64,000 nt of DNA, taken from NCBI GenBank assembly GCA_009927275.1, contig RFNG01000086.1:337-64336 (forward strand), read 5' to 3'. This document shows positions 50,905 to 61,016 of this stretch, piece after piece. Position 1 is the first letter of the stretch; every line of letters begins with the position of its first letter. The stretch comes from Sphingobacteriia bacterium (lineage in GTDB: Bacteria; Bacteroidota; Bacteroidia; B-17B0; Aurantibacillaceae). Made by a program: the position numbers and the translations under genes. The notes under the pieces are model-generated. The model saw only the letters and a program-made list of their open reading frames with translations. It was not told the DNA's origin and did not search any database.

Positions 50905-51873
50905 ATGTTTAATACATTTCAACACTTGTTTAATGGGCGGCTTGAGCAGTATCTTAAAAACACGGCCCTTAAAAACCCACAATCCCTGTATGAAGCTGAA
51001 AGCTATATGCTTCAACTTGGAGGTAAACGCATACGTCCCTATTTAGTGTATTTAGGTGCTTGCGCCGCAAATGGAAACCAGGCCTATGCCATGGATGCGG
51101 CCCTGTGTGTTGAGGTGTTTCATAATTTTAGTCTTATTCATGATGATTGGTTAGATCAATCCCAGCTTCGGCGAGGACAGGCTACCGTACACAACAAATG
51201 GAATGCCCCACAATCAATTTTAACAGGTGATGTCATGTTTGCAAACAGCTTTGCACTTTTACAATCGTATCCGGATTCAATTTGTGGCGCATTATCAAAA
51301 ATATTAAGCAAAACAGCCTCTGAGGTTTGCGAGGGTCAGCAATTGGATTTAGACTTTGAACATACCTCACAGGTAACCGAAGCAGACTATCTACATATGA
51401 TTCGCCTCAAAACGGCCGTATTATTAGGCTGTTCGCTACAATTGGGTGTCATTACAGCGGGGGGGAAAATGGAATTACAACACGAATTATACCATTTTGG
51501 TGTGGATACCGGCATTGCGTTTCAAATATTAGATGATTATTTAGATGCTTTTGCTGAAACCACGGGACCTTTTGGTAAAACAATTGGGGGCGATATTATT
51601 GGGGGCAAAAAAACACTTTTGTGGATTTACAGCAATTCCAAAAAAGAAATGCCAAAACTTAAATTAGAATCACATGCGCCCCATTTTAATTCTGAAAAAA
51701 TAAAATTGCATCGTGCATGGTATAACGAAACCGGTGCTACAAAACATTGTTTGGAAACCGTATCCAAATATCATAAACAAGCCCAACTCCGTTTACAAAA
51801 TCTTGAAATGGATGCTGCTGTAAAAAATGCATTAAACACCCTTTTATTAGAATTGGAACAACGCATGGTATGA
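50905..51873 (+). CDS. Polyprenyl diphosphate synthase
   Basis: GGKRIRP, LIHDDWLD, RRGQ.TVH, EGQQLDL, QILDDYLD. Confidence 0.9.
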   Translation: MFNTFQHLFNGRLEQYLKNTALKNPQSLYEAESYMLQLGGKRIRPYLVYLGACAANGNQAYAMDAALCVEVFHNFSLIHDDWLDQSQLRRGQATVHNKWNAPQSILTGDVMFANSFALLQSYPDSICGALSKILSKTASEVCEGQQLDLDFEHTSQVTEADYLHMIRLKTAVLLGCSLQLGVITAGGKMELQHELYHFGVDTGIAFQILDDYLDAFAETTGPFGKTIGGDIIGGKKTLLWIYSNSKKEMPKLKLESHAPHFNSEKIKLHRAWYNETGATKHCLETVSKYHKQAQLRLQNLEMDAAVKNALNTLLLELEQRMV

Positions 51874-52295
51874 ATATTGAAAACGCTTTTAAACATCGTA
51901 TTGCTTTGCAGATTCGGTTTTCTGACATTGACCGGCTGCATCATGTAAACAATGCCGTTTACCATCAATATGTTGAATATGGACGTGTTGAATATTTTAA
52001 CACCGTTTTGAAAGATTTAGTAAACTGGAACCTACACGGTTTTGTGTTGGCTCGTACCGAAATGGATTTTATACACTCACTTAAATATGGAGACGAAGCG
52101 ATCTGCTGCAGTAAGGTAACAGAAATTGGAAATAAAAGTGTAAAAACAGAAACCCATATTTACCACCTTAATAACGGATACCATTTAGCCGCACAGTGCA
52201 AAGGTGTTTTGGTTTGCATGAATTACTCAAATCAGCAAAGCATGGAAGTGCCTGATGCATGGAAGGTGCGGATTAAAGATTTTGAATCGGCTTAA
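51870..52295 (+). CDS. Acyl-CoA thioesterase (hotdog fold)
   Basis: QIRFSDIDRLHHVNNAVY. Confidence 0.9.
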   Translation: MNIENAFKHRIALQIRFSDIDRLHHVNNAVYHQYVEYGRVEYFNTVLKDLVNWNLHGFVLARTEMDFIHSLKYGDEAICCSKVTEIGNKSVKTETHIYHLNNGYHLAAQCKGVLVCMNYSNQQSMEVPDAWKVRIKDFESA

Positions 52296-54070
52296 GTCAT
52301 TTTAACACCAATTACAAGCACATCGTCCACTTGCTCGTGTACTCCCTGCCATTCAATAAGTGATGTGTTTAAAACTTCTTTTTGTTTAAATGAATCGTAG
52401 GTGCTGATTTTTTCTAACAGGCGTTTAAAATTTCCTGCCATAAACTTTTTGCCATGAGGTCCACCAAACTGATCGGCATAACCGTCTGAAAATACAAAAA
52501 TTTGATCGCCCGGTTGAAGTTCGATTTCATGATTTTCAAAAGCTTGTTTTTCGCCATGATGAAACCCAACAGGAAATTTATTGGCTGAATGGATTGTCAA
52601 AGCGCCATTTCTGACAATTATTAACGGATTGAATGCTGCGGCATACTGCAATTTTCGAGATTTAAAATGTATTGCACACAAAGTAATATCCATGCCATCT
52701 TTGGCCTGGGCAGAACCTTCCGCACTTAAGGTAGATATAAGATTATCCCGTAATTGATTTAAAATTTCAGCAGGTGTTATTAAGTGGGCATTCTTTAAAA
52801 TATCTTTTAAGTTATTGTAGCCGAGTAAACTCATAAATGCACCTGGAACACCATGCCCTGTACAGTCCACTGCTGCAAAATACACCCAATCGTTTTTTTC
52901 TTCTATCCAATAAAAATCCCCACTTACAATGTCTTTAGGCTTAAATAAAACAAATGCATCGGGCAGTAACCGTTTAACCTTGTGTGAAGTTGGTAATATA
53001 GTATCTTGAATGCGTTTGGCGTAATGTATACTGTCTTTTAACTGCAAATACACTTCTTCCAGTTCAGTACTTTTGCGTTCAATTTCAGATTTTTGACGAA
53101 CCACTTCCTCTGTACGTTCCTCCACTTTGCGCTCCAAAATACGCTCGTTTTCCGCTAGGTCTTCACGCATTTTTAATAATGCCATGCCTAATGTGTCTTC
53201 TTCACTTAATGGCTTAAAATTGGCATCAAATTCACCAGCCCCTGTAGCTTTGGCAAATTCGGTAGTACGCTCCATGGAATTAATAAGCTCCGTTAGGGCA
53301 TTACTCATTTCACCAATTTCATCCTTGCGTTCTGGAATTCGGGTTTTGGGTAAAATACCTTTAGCCATTGTTAAAATCATACCCTTTAACTCATGTACAG
53401 GTTTTACGATAGAACGTGCAGTAAAAAGGGCTACTGCAATACCTCCTATAACAAGTGCTAAACCCATAAATTTAACAAACCATTCTAAAAATCTAAAGGA
53501 GTTTAATAGTTTATCATTTTCATCACTGGCATTTATTTGTTTTTGTGTAATTAAAGCGTTAAGGCTCTGGTATAAATCGTTTAAATCCGATTCGGCATCA
53601 CGTAAAGCGTTTTCAGCTAAAAAATAAATTCCGGGATCGTTATACGACTCCAAATTTACAAGCGGTTCCATGATATTAAGGCGGTAATCTAAAAACAGCG
53701 TATCCGCTTTACCAATAATGCGCTTCCAGGTTTCAAGTTCAGTGTTTTTCCACGAATCGGTAAAACGACTTACCGACTGTTTTTGTTTTACATAGTCTGT
53801 TGCGATGAGTTTTTCAAGTTCAACACGGCCGGCATCATTTACATCTTTACTATAATACCATTTTGAAATCAAGGTTTGTGAACGTTGTAATAAAAAATTA
53901 AATTCTTTAAGTGCTGCAACAGAAGGGGTTACTTTGCCTATTACGTTTTCAGTGGTTGTTCGGCTCGAAGAAAGCGTAAGCAGTGTTAAAATAAAAGCGG
54001 TTATGGTTAAAACAATAAAAATACCAAAACCCAAATTAAGCCGGCGGCCAATTGTCAATTTATCAAACAT
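52292..54070 (-). CDS. Membrane sensor PP2C/SpoIIE phosphatase (2 TM, periplasmic helical sensor, HAMP)
   Basis: Two TMs; HAMP IVKPVHEL...KDEIGEMSNAL; KDIVSGDFYW, DCTGHGVPGA, DGMD, FSDGYADQFGG, DDVLVIG. Confidence 0.9.
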   Translation of the reverse strand: MFDKLTIGRRLNLGFGIFIVLTITAFILTLLTLSSSRTTTENVIGKVTPSVAALKEFNFLLQRSQTLISKWYYSKDVNDAGRVELEKLIATDYVKQKQSVSRFTDSWKNTELETWKRIIGKADTLFLDYRLNIMEPLVNLESYNDPGIYFLAENALRDAESDLNDLYQSLNALITQKQINASDENDKLLNSFRFLEWFVKFMGLALVIGGIAVALFTARSIVKPVHELKGMILTMAKGILPKTRIPERKDEIGEMSNALTELINSMERTTEFAKATGAGEFDANFKPLSEEDTLGMALLKMREDLAENERILERKVEERTEEVVRQKSEIERKSTELEEVYLQLKDSIHYAKRIQDTILPTSHKVKRLLPDAFVLFKPKDIVSGDFYWIEEKNDWVYFAAVDCTGHGVPGAFMSLLGYNNLKDILKNAHLITPAEILNQLRDNLISTLSAEGSAQAKDGMDITLCAIHFKSRKLQYAAAFNPLIIVRNGALTIHSANKFPVGFHHGEKQAFENHEIELQPGDQIFVFSDGYADQFGGPHGKKFMAGNFKRLLEKISTYDSFKQKEVLNTSLIEWQGVHEQVDDVLVIGVKMT

Positions 54071-54074
54071 GGAC

Positions 54075-55046
54075 TTATTTTTGGGGTTGGGTTTCTTCGA
54101 GTTTTAATCCTTTTTGCAAACCCAAGGATTTAAATTCGTTGGATTTATTAAAATCATTTAAGAGTCTGTAGATATAAAACAGGGCTTCGATGGCTTTTAA
54201 ATTATTTTGATCGTTTTGATATCCTTTGGAGACAAATTGTTCACTTTGCTTTCCGAGTTTTACTAAATTATCTTGTACTAAATCCAACTCTTCGAGTGGA
54301 GTATCTTCATTAAGTTTTTGAATAATATTAGCTGCCTGGTTGTAATACAATAAGCCCATTTGTATATTGGCAAACACGTTATTGGGATCAATTTGTAATA
54401 CTTTTAAATATGCCGATTTAGCCAAGCTGCCCGCTTCGGCATTTGAATTATCTTTTTCAAATAAATACGAAAAGTAACTTCCCAAAGCTTCATAAAATTC
54501 GAGTTCGTATTTACGTACGTCCATGTTTGGAAAATAAGTTTCATATATGGATTTAAATTTATTAAAATTTGCAAGCGCATTCGCATGGTAACGTTTTAAA
54601 AGCGCGGCAGCATTATTGCTTTTATCTGCTGCCATTGACTTCATAAGTGTAGTGTCTTTAAGCTGCAGTGAAGCCATGTTGTAAAAACGTTTAGAAATAT
54701 AACGCAGCAAAATATAATTGTCTTTTGTAATATTTGAATCTGGTAAATAATTAAAGGAACGCTGAACGGAAATAAATATAGAATCTAGTAGCTCTGCTTT
54801 TGTGCTATAATTTTGTACACGACACAATTCATAATACGCACGCCCTCTTAATGTCCATGACACCGACAAGGTTTTAGTTTCTGCATGGCGCACGACAGAA
54901 TCTAAAATTTTAACGGCTTTAAGGGGGTTTTCGGCGAGTATGGTATTAGCCCTTACCAGTGCAGATTTTTGAGCATGCAATGCTCCGCCATCTAAGCCCA
55001 AAATAAGGATTAAAAGCCCGATTAGGTATTGATTAATGCGTTTCAT
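54075..55046 (-). CDS. Secreted TPR-containing protein
   Basis: Signal peptide LHA-Q; helical; TPR AYLKVLQIDPNNVFANIQMGLLYYNQA. Confidence 0.7.
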   Translation of the reverse strand: MKRINQYLIGLLILILGLDGGALHAQKSALVRANTILAENPLKAVKILDSVVRHAETKTLSVSWTLRGRAYYELCRVQNYSTKAELLDSIFISVQRSFNYLPDSNITKDNYILLRYISKRFYNMASLQLKDTTLMKSMAADKSNNAAALLKRYHANALANFNKFKSIYETYFPNMDVRKYELEFYEALGSYFSYLFEKDNSNAEAGSLAKSAYLKVLQIDPNNVFANIQMGLLYYNQAANIIQKLNEDTPLEELDLVQDNLVKLGKQSEQFVSKGYQNDQNNLKAIEALFYIYRLLNDFNKSNEFKSLGLQKGLKLEETQPQK

Positions 55047-55048
55047 AT

Positions 55049-55603
55049 TTAATTAATTACTGTAGCAGCTAAGGTTTTAAAATCATCATTGGTTTTTAGT
55101 CCGGTTTTTACGGCATTAGAGTAACTGTACTCAAACTTTAGTTTGTTTTCAAGATAAATGAAATTTACACACGATCCAGACCTGCAGGCATCGGGTTTTT
55201 CGCTGATAAGTAAAACACCTTTGTTTCGTAGCTTTGAAGCGGCATCTGAAATGGGCTGCAACTCTAATTCATTTGTAAAATAAATCATATGTGCCAATTG
55301 GTTTTTTTCCATTTTAGTATGATTTACAACTATTATATTTTGGGCGCCCACTTTCTTTTTTTGAGCTAATGCCTTTAACTCATTGGTTAAACTGGCATTT
55401 TGGCCAATAAGATAAATAACAAAATCACCTGATTTTTTAGCCTCAGGCCATTCAAAATAACGCGTGAAATTCATTATAAACAATGCTTTTAATTTTGCAT
55501 TGGGATCAAAATCGGGCGGACGGTAACTCATTGCAATACTGCCCAATACACCTATCAAAACCAACCTGATACGGAAATTAACATGTGGATTGAACCCGAA
55601 CAT
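55049..55603 (-). CDS. YfiR (DUF4154) family periplasmic protein
   Basis: AKLKALFIMNFTRYFEWP, VLLISE, VNFIYLENKLKFE...AVKTGLK. Confidence 0.85.
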   Translation of the reverse strand: MFGFNPHVNFRIRLVLIGVLGSIAMSYRPPDFDPNAKLKALFIMNFTRYFEWPEAKKSGDFVIYLIGQNASLTNELKALAQKKKVGAQNIIVVNHTKMEKNQLAHMIYFTNELELQPISDAASKLRNKGVLLISEKPDACRSGSCVNFIYLENKLKFEYSYSNAVKTGLKTNDDFKTLAATVIN

Positions 55604-55637
55604 ATTTTAAAGTTACAAAAAAAAACTAAACGCGAAA

Positions 55638-56549
55638 TTAATCGTTATGCATGGTTTGTGACCTAAACCATTGCTCCATCGCCATTTCTTGTCGTTCTAG
55701 CCGAGTAAGCACAGCACCCTTTGAAGCTACATATTTAAAAAGCAGCGCTTCCCAATCACCCATAGATTTAAATTCTAAATTCCAGTTTATCCCTATGTTA
55801 TCTGTACAATTAATGCCACTGGGGGCTGTAAAATCAGTCCAAAAGGTATTTGGTACTGCTTGTTGTAATTGTATATGCAAAATCATTTTACTGCCGGTTT
55901 TTAATGCAGCAAGCGTTGAGTCTGCTACCAATTTTCCTGACCGTATAATAATAACGCGATCGCATAAGGCCTCTACTTCCTGCATTATATGTGTACTAAA
56001 CATAACTGTTTTTTGAGCACCCAATTCTTTTATAAGGGCTCTAATTTGAATGATCTGATTGGGATCTAAACCCGTTGTAGGTTCATCTAATATTAAAACC
56101 TCAGGATCCTGAATTAAAGCTTGAGCTAACCCAACCCGCTGACGGTAACCTTTACTAAGCTGTTTAATTTTTTTATGTTGCTCCGGTCCAAGACCTGTTT
56201 TTTCAATAAGTTGGTTTACAATTTTTAAACGGTTAGTAACATTAAATAATCCGGCGGTAAATTGTAAAAATTCACGTACATACATATCTGTATACAGCGG
56301 ATTGTGTTCTGGTAAATAACCTATAGATTTACGCCATTGGTATTGATTGGTATCATTACGCTGTCCGGAAATTACGCAATAACCAGAATCGGGTTTTGTA
56401 AAACCGGTTATAATACGCATAAGCGTACTTTTTCCGGCACCGTTGGGTCCTAAAAAACCTAAAATCTGCCCCGTTGGTGCAGAAAAGGACACGTCACGTA
56501 ATGCACATTGTGAGCCAAAATGTTTTGTAATATTATGAACTTCTAGCAT
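55638..56549 (-). CDS. gldA: Gliding-motility ABC transporter ATP-binding subunit
   Basis: GFLGPNGAGKST, IGYLPEHNPLYTDMYVREFL, LSKGYRQRVGLAQA, LDEPTTGLDPNQ, STHIMQEVEA. Confidence 0.85.
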   Translation of the reverse strand: MLEVHNITKHFGSQCALRDVSFSAPTGQILGFLGPNGAGKSTLMRIITGFTKPDSGYCVISGQRNDTNQYQWRKSIGYLPEHNPLYTDMYVREFLQFTAGLFNVTNRLKIVNQLIEKTGLGPEQHKKIKQLSKGYRQRVGLAQALIQDPEVLILDEPTTGLDPNQIIQIRALIKELGAQKTVMFSTHIMQEVEALCDRVIIIRSGKLVADSTLAALKTGSKMILHIQLQQAVPNTFWTDFTAPSGINCTDNIGINWNLEFKSMGDWEALLFKYVASKGAVLTRLERQEMAMEQWFRSQTMHND

Positions 56550-56567
56550 TAACTATAAATTACAGTT

Positions 56568-57533
56568 TTAAAAGGTACCCCAACGTTCCATTTCATCAGA
56601 TGTCCACAAATCAGGGAAAAAAATTCGTTTTTGAAATCGGGGAGGTAAATATTTTTGCCAATTAGTGCCACCGGTTGCTTGCGTGCTATCGGAACCACGC
56701 TGTAAATAACGCACCGCACTTTTATAGTGCACTAAAGGCCATCGTACATTTACCTGCAAATCAAGCTGCCTTAAAGCATCTTTTAAACCCGGATGTGCTT
56801 GATCGTTTAAATTGAGTTCTTTAAACTTATGCCATACAGTTTTGTGGGCATAGGCCTTGGCATGAGCTATAAAATGATTACGGTACTGACTTTCAAAATG
56901 CTTAAGCGTTAAAGTTTTTTTACCGCTTTCTAATTCTGTTGCACCTTTATTCCAATAGATATGATCTAATAATGTTTCTATTGAAGTTTCATCTTTTAAA
57001 TTTAAGCGCTGATCGGCCGATACAAGATGTATTAATGGACAGCAGCTCATTTCAATTAAACGGTACTGTGCGCTTTGAAAACCACTGGCAGGCAACAGAG
57101 CCATTCTGAATTTTAAAAATTGTTGCGGCTCCATGCCGTCAACCATAATATCAAACGATTGTGTGAGCGATTCGAAATAACGAACAATTCGCATAATACG
57201 CATTTTAAAAAATTCAGGATCTAATGCAGCATTCCATCCCAAATCATGCCCATCCGAAGAAATGTTTTTTCCATTATGGGTTATTTGCTGTAACTCATGC
57301 AATACCAATTTAAAATACAGCTCTGTTATTTGATGGTACATTATAAAAATCAGTTCATCCGGATAATCGGTTTTGGGATGTTGAATGCTTAACAAGGTGT
57401 CTACCTGTATATAGTCCCAATACTTAGTATAATTTCCTTGAATTAAGCCCTCGAGATAACTCATGGGATCTTGCCCCGTTAATTTATACTTTGATTGTAT
57501 TCGTTCCCAAGCATTTTGTAATTCAGCATCCAT
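56568..57533 (-). CDS. kynA: Tryptophan 2,3-dioxygenase
   Basis: YWDYIQVDTLL, PDELIFIMYHQITELYFK, FRMALLPASGFQSAQYR, ATGGTNWQKYL. Confidence 0.92.
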   Translation of the reverse strand: MDAELQNAWERIQSKYKLTGQDPMSYLEGLIQGNYTKYWDYIQVDTLLSIQHPKTDYPDELIFIMYHQITELYFKLVLHELQQITHNGKNISSDGHDLGWNAALDPEFFKMRIMRIVRYFESLTQSFDIMVDGMEPQQFLKFRMALLPASGFQSAQYRLIEMSCCPLIHLVSADQRLNLKDETSIETLLDHIYWNKGATELESGKKTLTLKHFESQYRNHFIAHAKAYAHKTVWHKFKELNLNDQAHPGLKDALRQLDLQVNVRWPLVHYKSAVRYLQRGSDSTQATGGTNWQKYLPPRFQKRIFFPDLWTSDEMERWGTF

Positions 57534-57549
57534 GATATAAAAATACGGA

Positions 57550-58573
57550 TTATCGGAATATTTTATTACGATTTAAAGACGCTTGATAGGTTTTGGCATT
57601 TCGTAAATGTTCCGCATACGTTTTAGAAAAATTTGAAAACCCATCACGTTCTGCTCGAGCACAAAAATAGAGAAATGCATGTGTATCACAATGCAATACC
57701 GATTCTATAGAAGTTGTATACGTAAGCGCGATTGGACCGGGAGGTAATCCTTTATATTTATATGTATTATAAGGTGACTCAATTGTTTTATCACTATTTA
57801 ATAGCCGTTTTACACCCCGTAAACGGTTTGCAAAAACCAAAGTTGGGTCAGCTTGTAAAGGCATTTGCGCCTGAATACGATTTAAATAAACCCGGGCAAT
57901 TTTTTGACGTTCTGTGTATACCGGACTTTCCGATTGTACAATAGAAGCTAAAGTAATAACTTCTGGGCAGCTGAGATTTAGTTTTTGAGCGAGTTTCAGC
58001 CTATTGAGATTCCAAAATTTTTTATAATGATACAAAATGCTATCGGTCAAATTTTCAGGCGTAATTGTCCAAGGCACATTATATGTTTTTGGTATTATAC
58101 AAAAAAAATAATTTGCTGAATCTCTTCCTAATGTAGATTTTAATACTGTAGATGAAAACATTTTACGAAAATCAGTTTCATTAAAAAACAACTTTGCATC
58201 CAAATATTTACATAAATCTTCTGGACGATGTATTTGTGAATTAATATAAACCGTAATTAATTCCTGATTACCTGAAACTATAATAGAAACAATAGTTTTT
58301 AACTTTTTTATACCTCTGATATTATATTTTCCTGGAATTAATTTTTTATTTTTTAATACTAAACGTATATTATTTTTTAAGTACAAAAACCGGAATATCC
58401 GGATATAGATTGTGTAATTGTGAAACCAAAGAATCGGAAGTGTCATAGGGTTTAATCCATACTATAGCTTTTGCTTTTAATGCATTATGGGGAATAGAAA
58501 AATTCCATATCCAATACCCTAAACCTATAAACGCACAGATACAAATTAAAACTATTTTAAACCACATTTTCAT
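57550..58573 (-). CDS. mltG: Endolytic transglycosylase MltG (frameshift near 58375)
   Basis: N-terminal TM fragment (58370..58573) joins at a 6-base A run to the frame carrying LASIVQSE, LQADPT, SPYNTY..GLPPGPI, LYFCA. Confidence 0.88.
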
Positions 58574-60522
58574 TACGTACTCGTTTTTGCTTGTGCCTGC
58601 CGCTTTGTTAATTCTATAACTTTATACTTAAGTGCCTTGTAGTAGCGTGCCGAATCGTTTTTATTAAGCATGTTATAAAGCCGTTCTAAATTTGACAAGG
58701 TTGTTACATGAAAGGGATTATAATGATATGATTTTTTTAAATAGGTACGTGCTGAATCCAATTGATTATGATCTAAAAAATAATATCCCATATTTAACCA
58801 GGCTCTGGCAAATCCGGGCTCTTCCTTTAAAATGGCACTCCAAATAATAACGGCCTCATTTAACCGATTGGCATTATACAGTAAAACAGCTTTTTTATTT
58901 AAAAATTCATGATTGTAGGGCGCTAAAAGAACTGCTGTTTCCATTGCTTTTAATGCATCCATTGGTTTTTTTTGCTGTGTATAAGCTTCTGCAATATGAT
59001 ACCACATCCAAGCATCACGGTTTTCAAAATCCTTAGAATTAAAATACTTTAATAGTGATTGTGTTCCACCGCAAATATTCACATACTCTAAAAGTGCTAA
59101 ATAATCTGATTTCAAATAATAATACCGTATCCACAATCGACCAAAACTTGTATTTCGGTAATGGCGCTTTAAAAGATTATATGCAGAATCTAACATATAC
59201 ACAGATGATTGAAACCGTTCAAACTGATTTAAATAGGCTTCTATTCGGGTTTTTATAGGTGGTGCATTTGAATTTATGGCCTGCAGGCCCATAAAATTTG
59301 ATTTCTCCTTTGAATGGGCATAGCTTATAGGAATCTGAATTTTATGATCGTGTATACTAACATGTGGTATGTCGGAGGATCCGGATTTGGGCATATGGCA
59401 TTGCACACAATTGGATTGGGCATTTATATTACGCTGAGTATGTATGGTATTGATTGTACTTGAATGATGACAGGACATGCACACATTATTAAAAGAAGCC
59501 GTTCCTGTAGCTTTAACACTTACATGCGGATTGTGGCAACTTACACACGTTAACGCATTTTTATAGGGTTTAAGTGCCTTGGGGTTTACCTTTGTAATGG
59601 AATTAATAAAACAAGCACTTTGCTTTAAACGATCGGCATGAGAAGCCATAATAAAAGACTGATCTGCATTTGAAAAACGGGGTAAAAAAACCGTTATAAA
59701 ATCACTTAATCGCATACCGGGCTTAAAATCATAAAATGAAGCCCCCTCTGCCAACACCATATTACCTTGTAAATGGCATCGCTGACAAATATCAAATTGA
59801 CGGTCAACAGAAAGTTTGGCAGGATTTACAATAGAATAATCAATTTCATGAGCTGTATCTACAGGAGACTTGCTTTGACGCAGCGCCACATGTATACTTC
59901 CCGGGCCATGACAACGCTCACAATCTATACCCTCGGGCATGGCACTGTATTTGTTTTCAGAACCCAACACCATAGTTGGAAATGCATTATGACAGCTTAT
60001 ACATTCTAAACTCAGTTTGCGTCCAAACCTGCTATTTTCACCAGATTCAAATCCCGGAGGCAAATCCCATACTTTTTTGCTGTGTGTAATACGTCATAGG
60101 CATCTGATAACAATATCCCTGAAGTGCAGATATATGAGAATTGGTATGTTGCCCCGAGCCAATTATATAATTTACAGGTAGTGTTAATTTATTAGCCTCG
60201 TATGATTCTGTAATTAACATGCGGTTGTTATCCCAGTGCATGGTATACAAAGCACCAAATATTGAATCACTTACCTTTGCAACGTTTCCTTTAAATGCTG
60301 TTTTTTGTACTTGTGCCCTACCAAAAGATTGCCCCATGCCCGTTTTATGTAGGTTTCAAATATCTTTGCGTGACATGTTTTACAGGTAGTAATACCCACG
60401 TACTTGGCCGTATCAGCATGATTTAAATACTGATGTTCATTGACAGTTGCATCCGTAGAAACACAGGCATGCCAAAAACCACTAATCAGCAGTAATACAC
60501 TGTAATAATGATACCGGTTCAT
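58573..60522 (-). CDS. Multiheme c-type cytochrome (7 CXXCH) with C-terminal TPRs (two frameshifts, near 60344 and 60075)
   Basis: Three ORF pieces join into about 649 aa with CKTCH, CISCH, CERCH, CQRCH, CVSCH, CMSCH, CVQCH; GSGQHT; WDLPPGF; TPRs at the C-terminus. Confidence 0.85.
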
Positions 60523-61009
60523 AAATGTGTGGTTGTACTTTTATCCAATCTTTAAGTATACCGGCCTGCACAAAACCCATATCTTTAAATAATGTTAAGC
60601 TAATGGAATTGGTTAATGCAACAAAGGCGTATAATTGATGAACATGCAATTGATTAAACGCAAAAGATTTAGCTAACCGAAGGGCATGTTTGGCGATGCC
60701 TTTTCGGCGATGCGCTGCACCAATATAAATACCAATTCCGCACCGCATAGATTTTGGGTCAAAATCATAGAGGTCAATAGTTCCCAAAGGCTCGTTTTCT
60801 GCTTTATGTGCAATTACAAAACGTAATTGACGGTCAATAAAAATATCATTGTGTGTATTGTATACCAAGTCCATAAGTGCCGACTTGCTTATAGGTGTTG
60901 TTAAATTTGTTGAATTCCAGTGTTCGGTATCATTTTCCCAAATGTAAAACAACGATATATCCTCAGGTTCTGAGGGACGAAGCGTAATTTGTTCAGCAGT
61001 TAATTTCAT
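60482..61009 (-). CDS. GNAT family N-acetyltransferase (RimL-like)
   Basis: LRPSEPED, LGTIDLYDFDP, HRRKGIA, AFNQLHVHQLYA, GILKDW. Confidence 0.9.
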   Translation of the reverse strand: MKLTAEQITLRPSEPEDISLFYIWENDTEHWNSTNLTTPISKSALMDLVYNTHNDIFIDRQLRFVIAHKAENEPLGTIDLYDFDPKSMRCGIGIYIGAAHRRKGIAKHALRLAKSFAFNQLHVHQLYAFVALTNSISLTLFKDMGFVQAGILKDWIKVQPHIYEPVSLLQCITAD

Positions 61010-61016
61010 TGGTTAT

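Noticed and set aside
57550-58446. MltG with a TTG-type internal start as given in the track
   Set aside because: The real N-terminal membrane anchor lies in ORF 58370..58573; the tracked start is an artefact of the frameshift.
8511-60522. Genome decay or programmed ribosomal frameshifting as the cause of the split genes
   Set aside because: All breaks are homopolymer indels in unrelated genes, I saw no nonsense codons or shared slippery heptamer/hairpin, and the motifs are intact.
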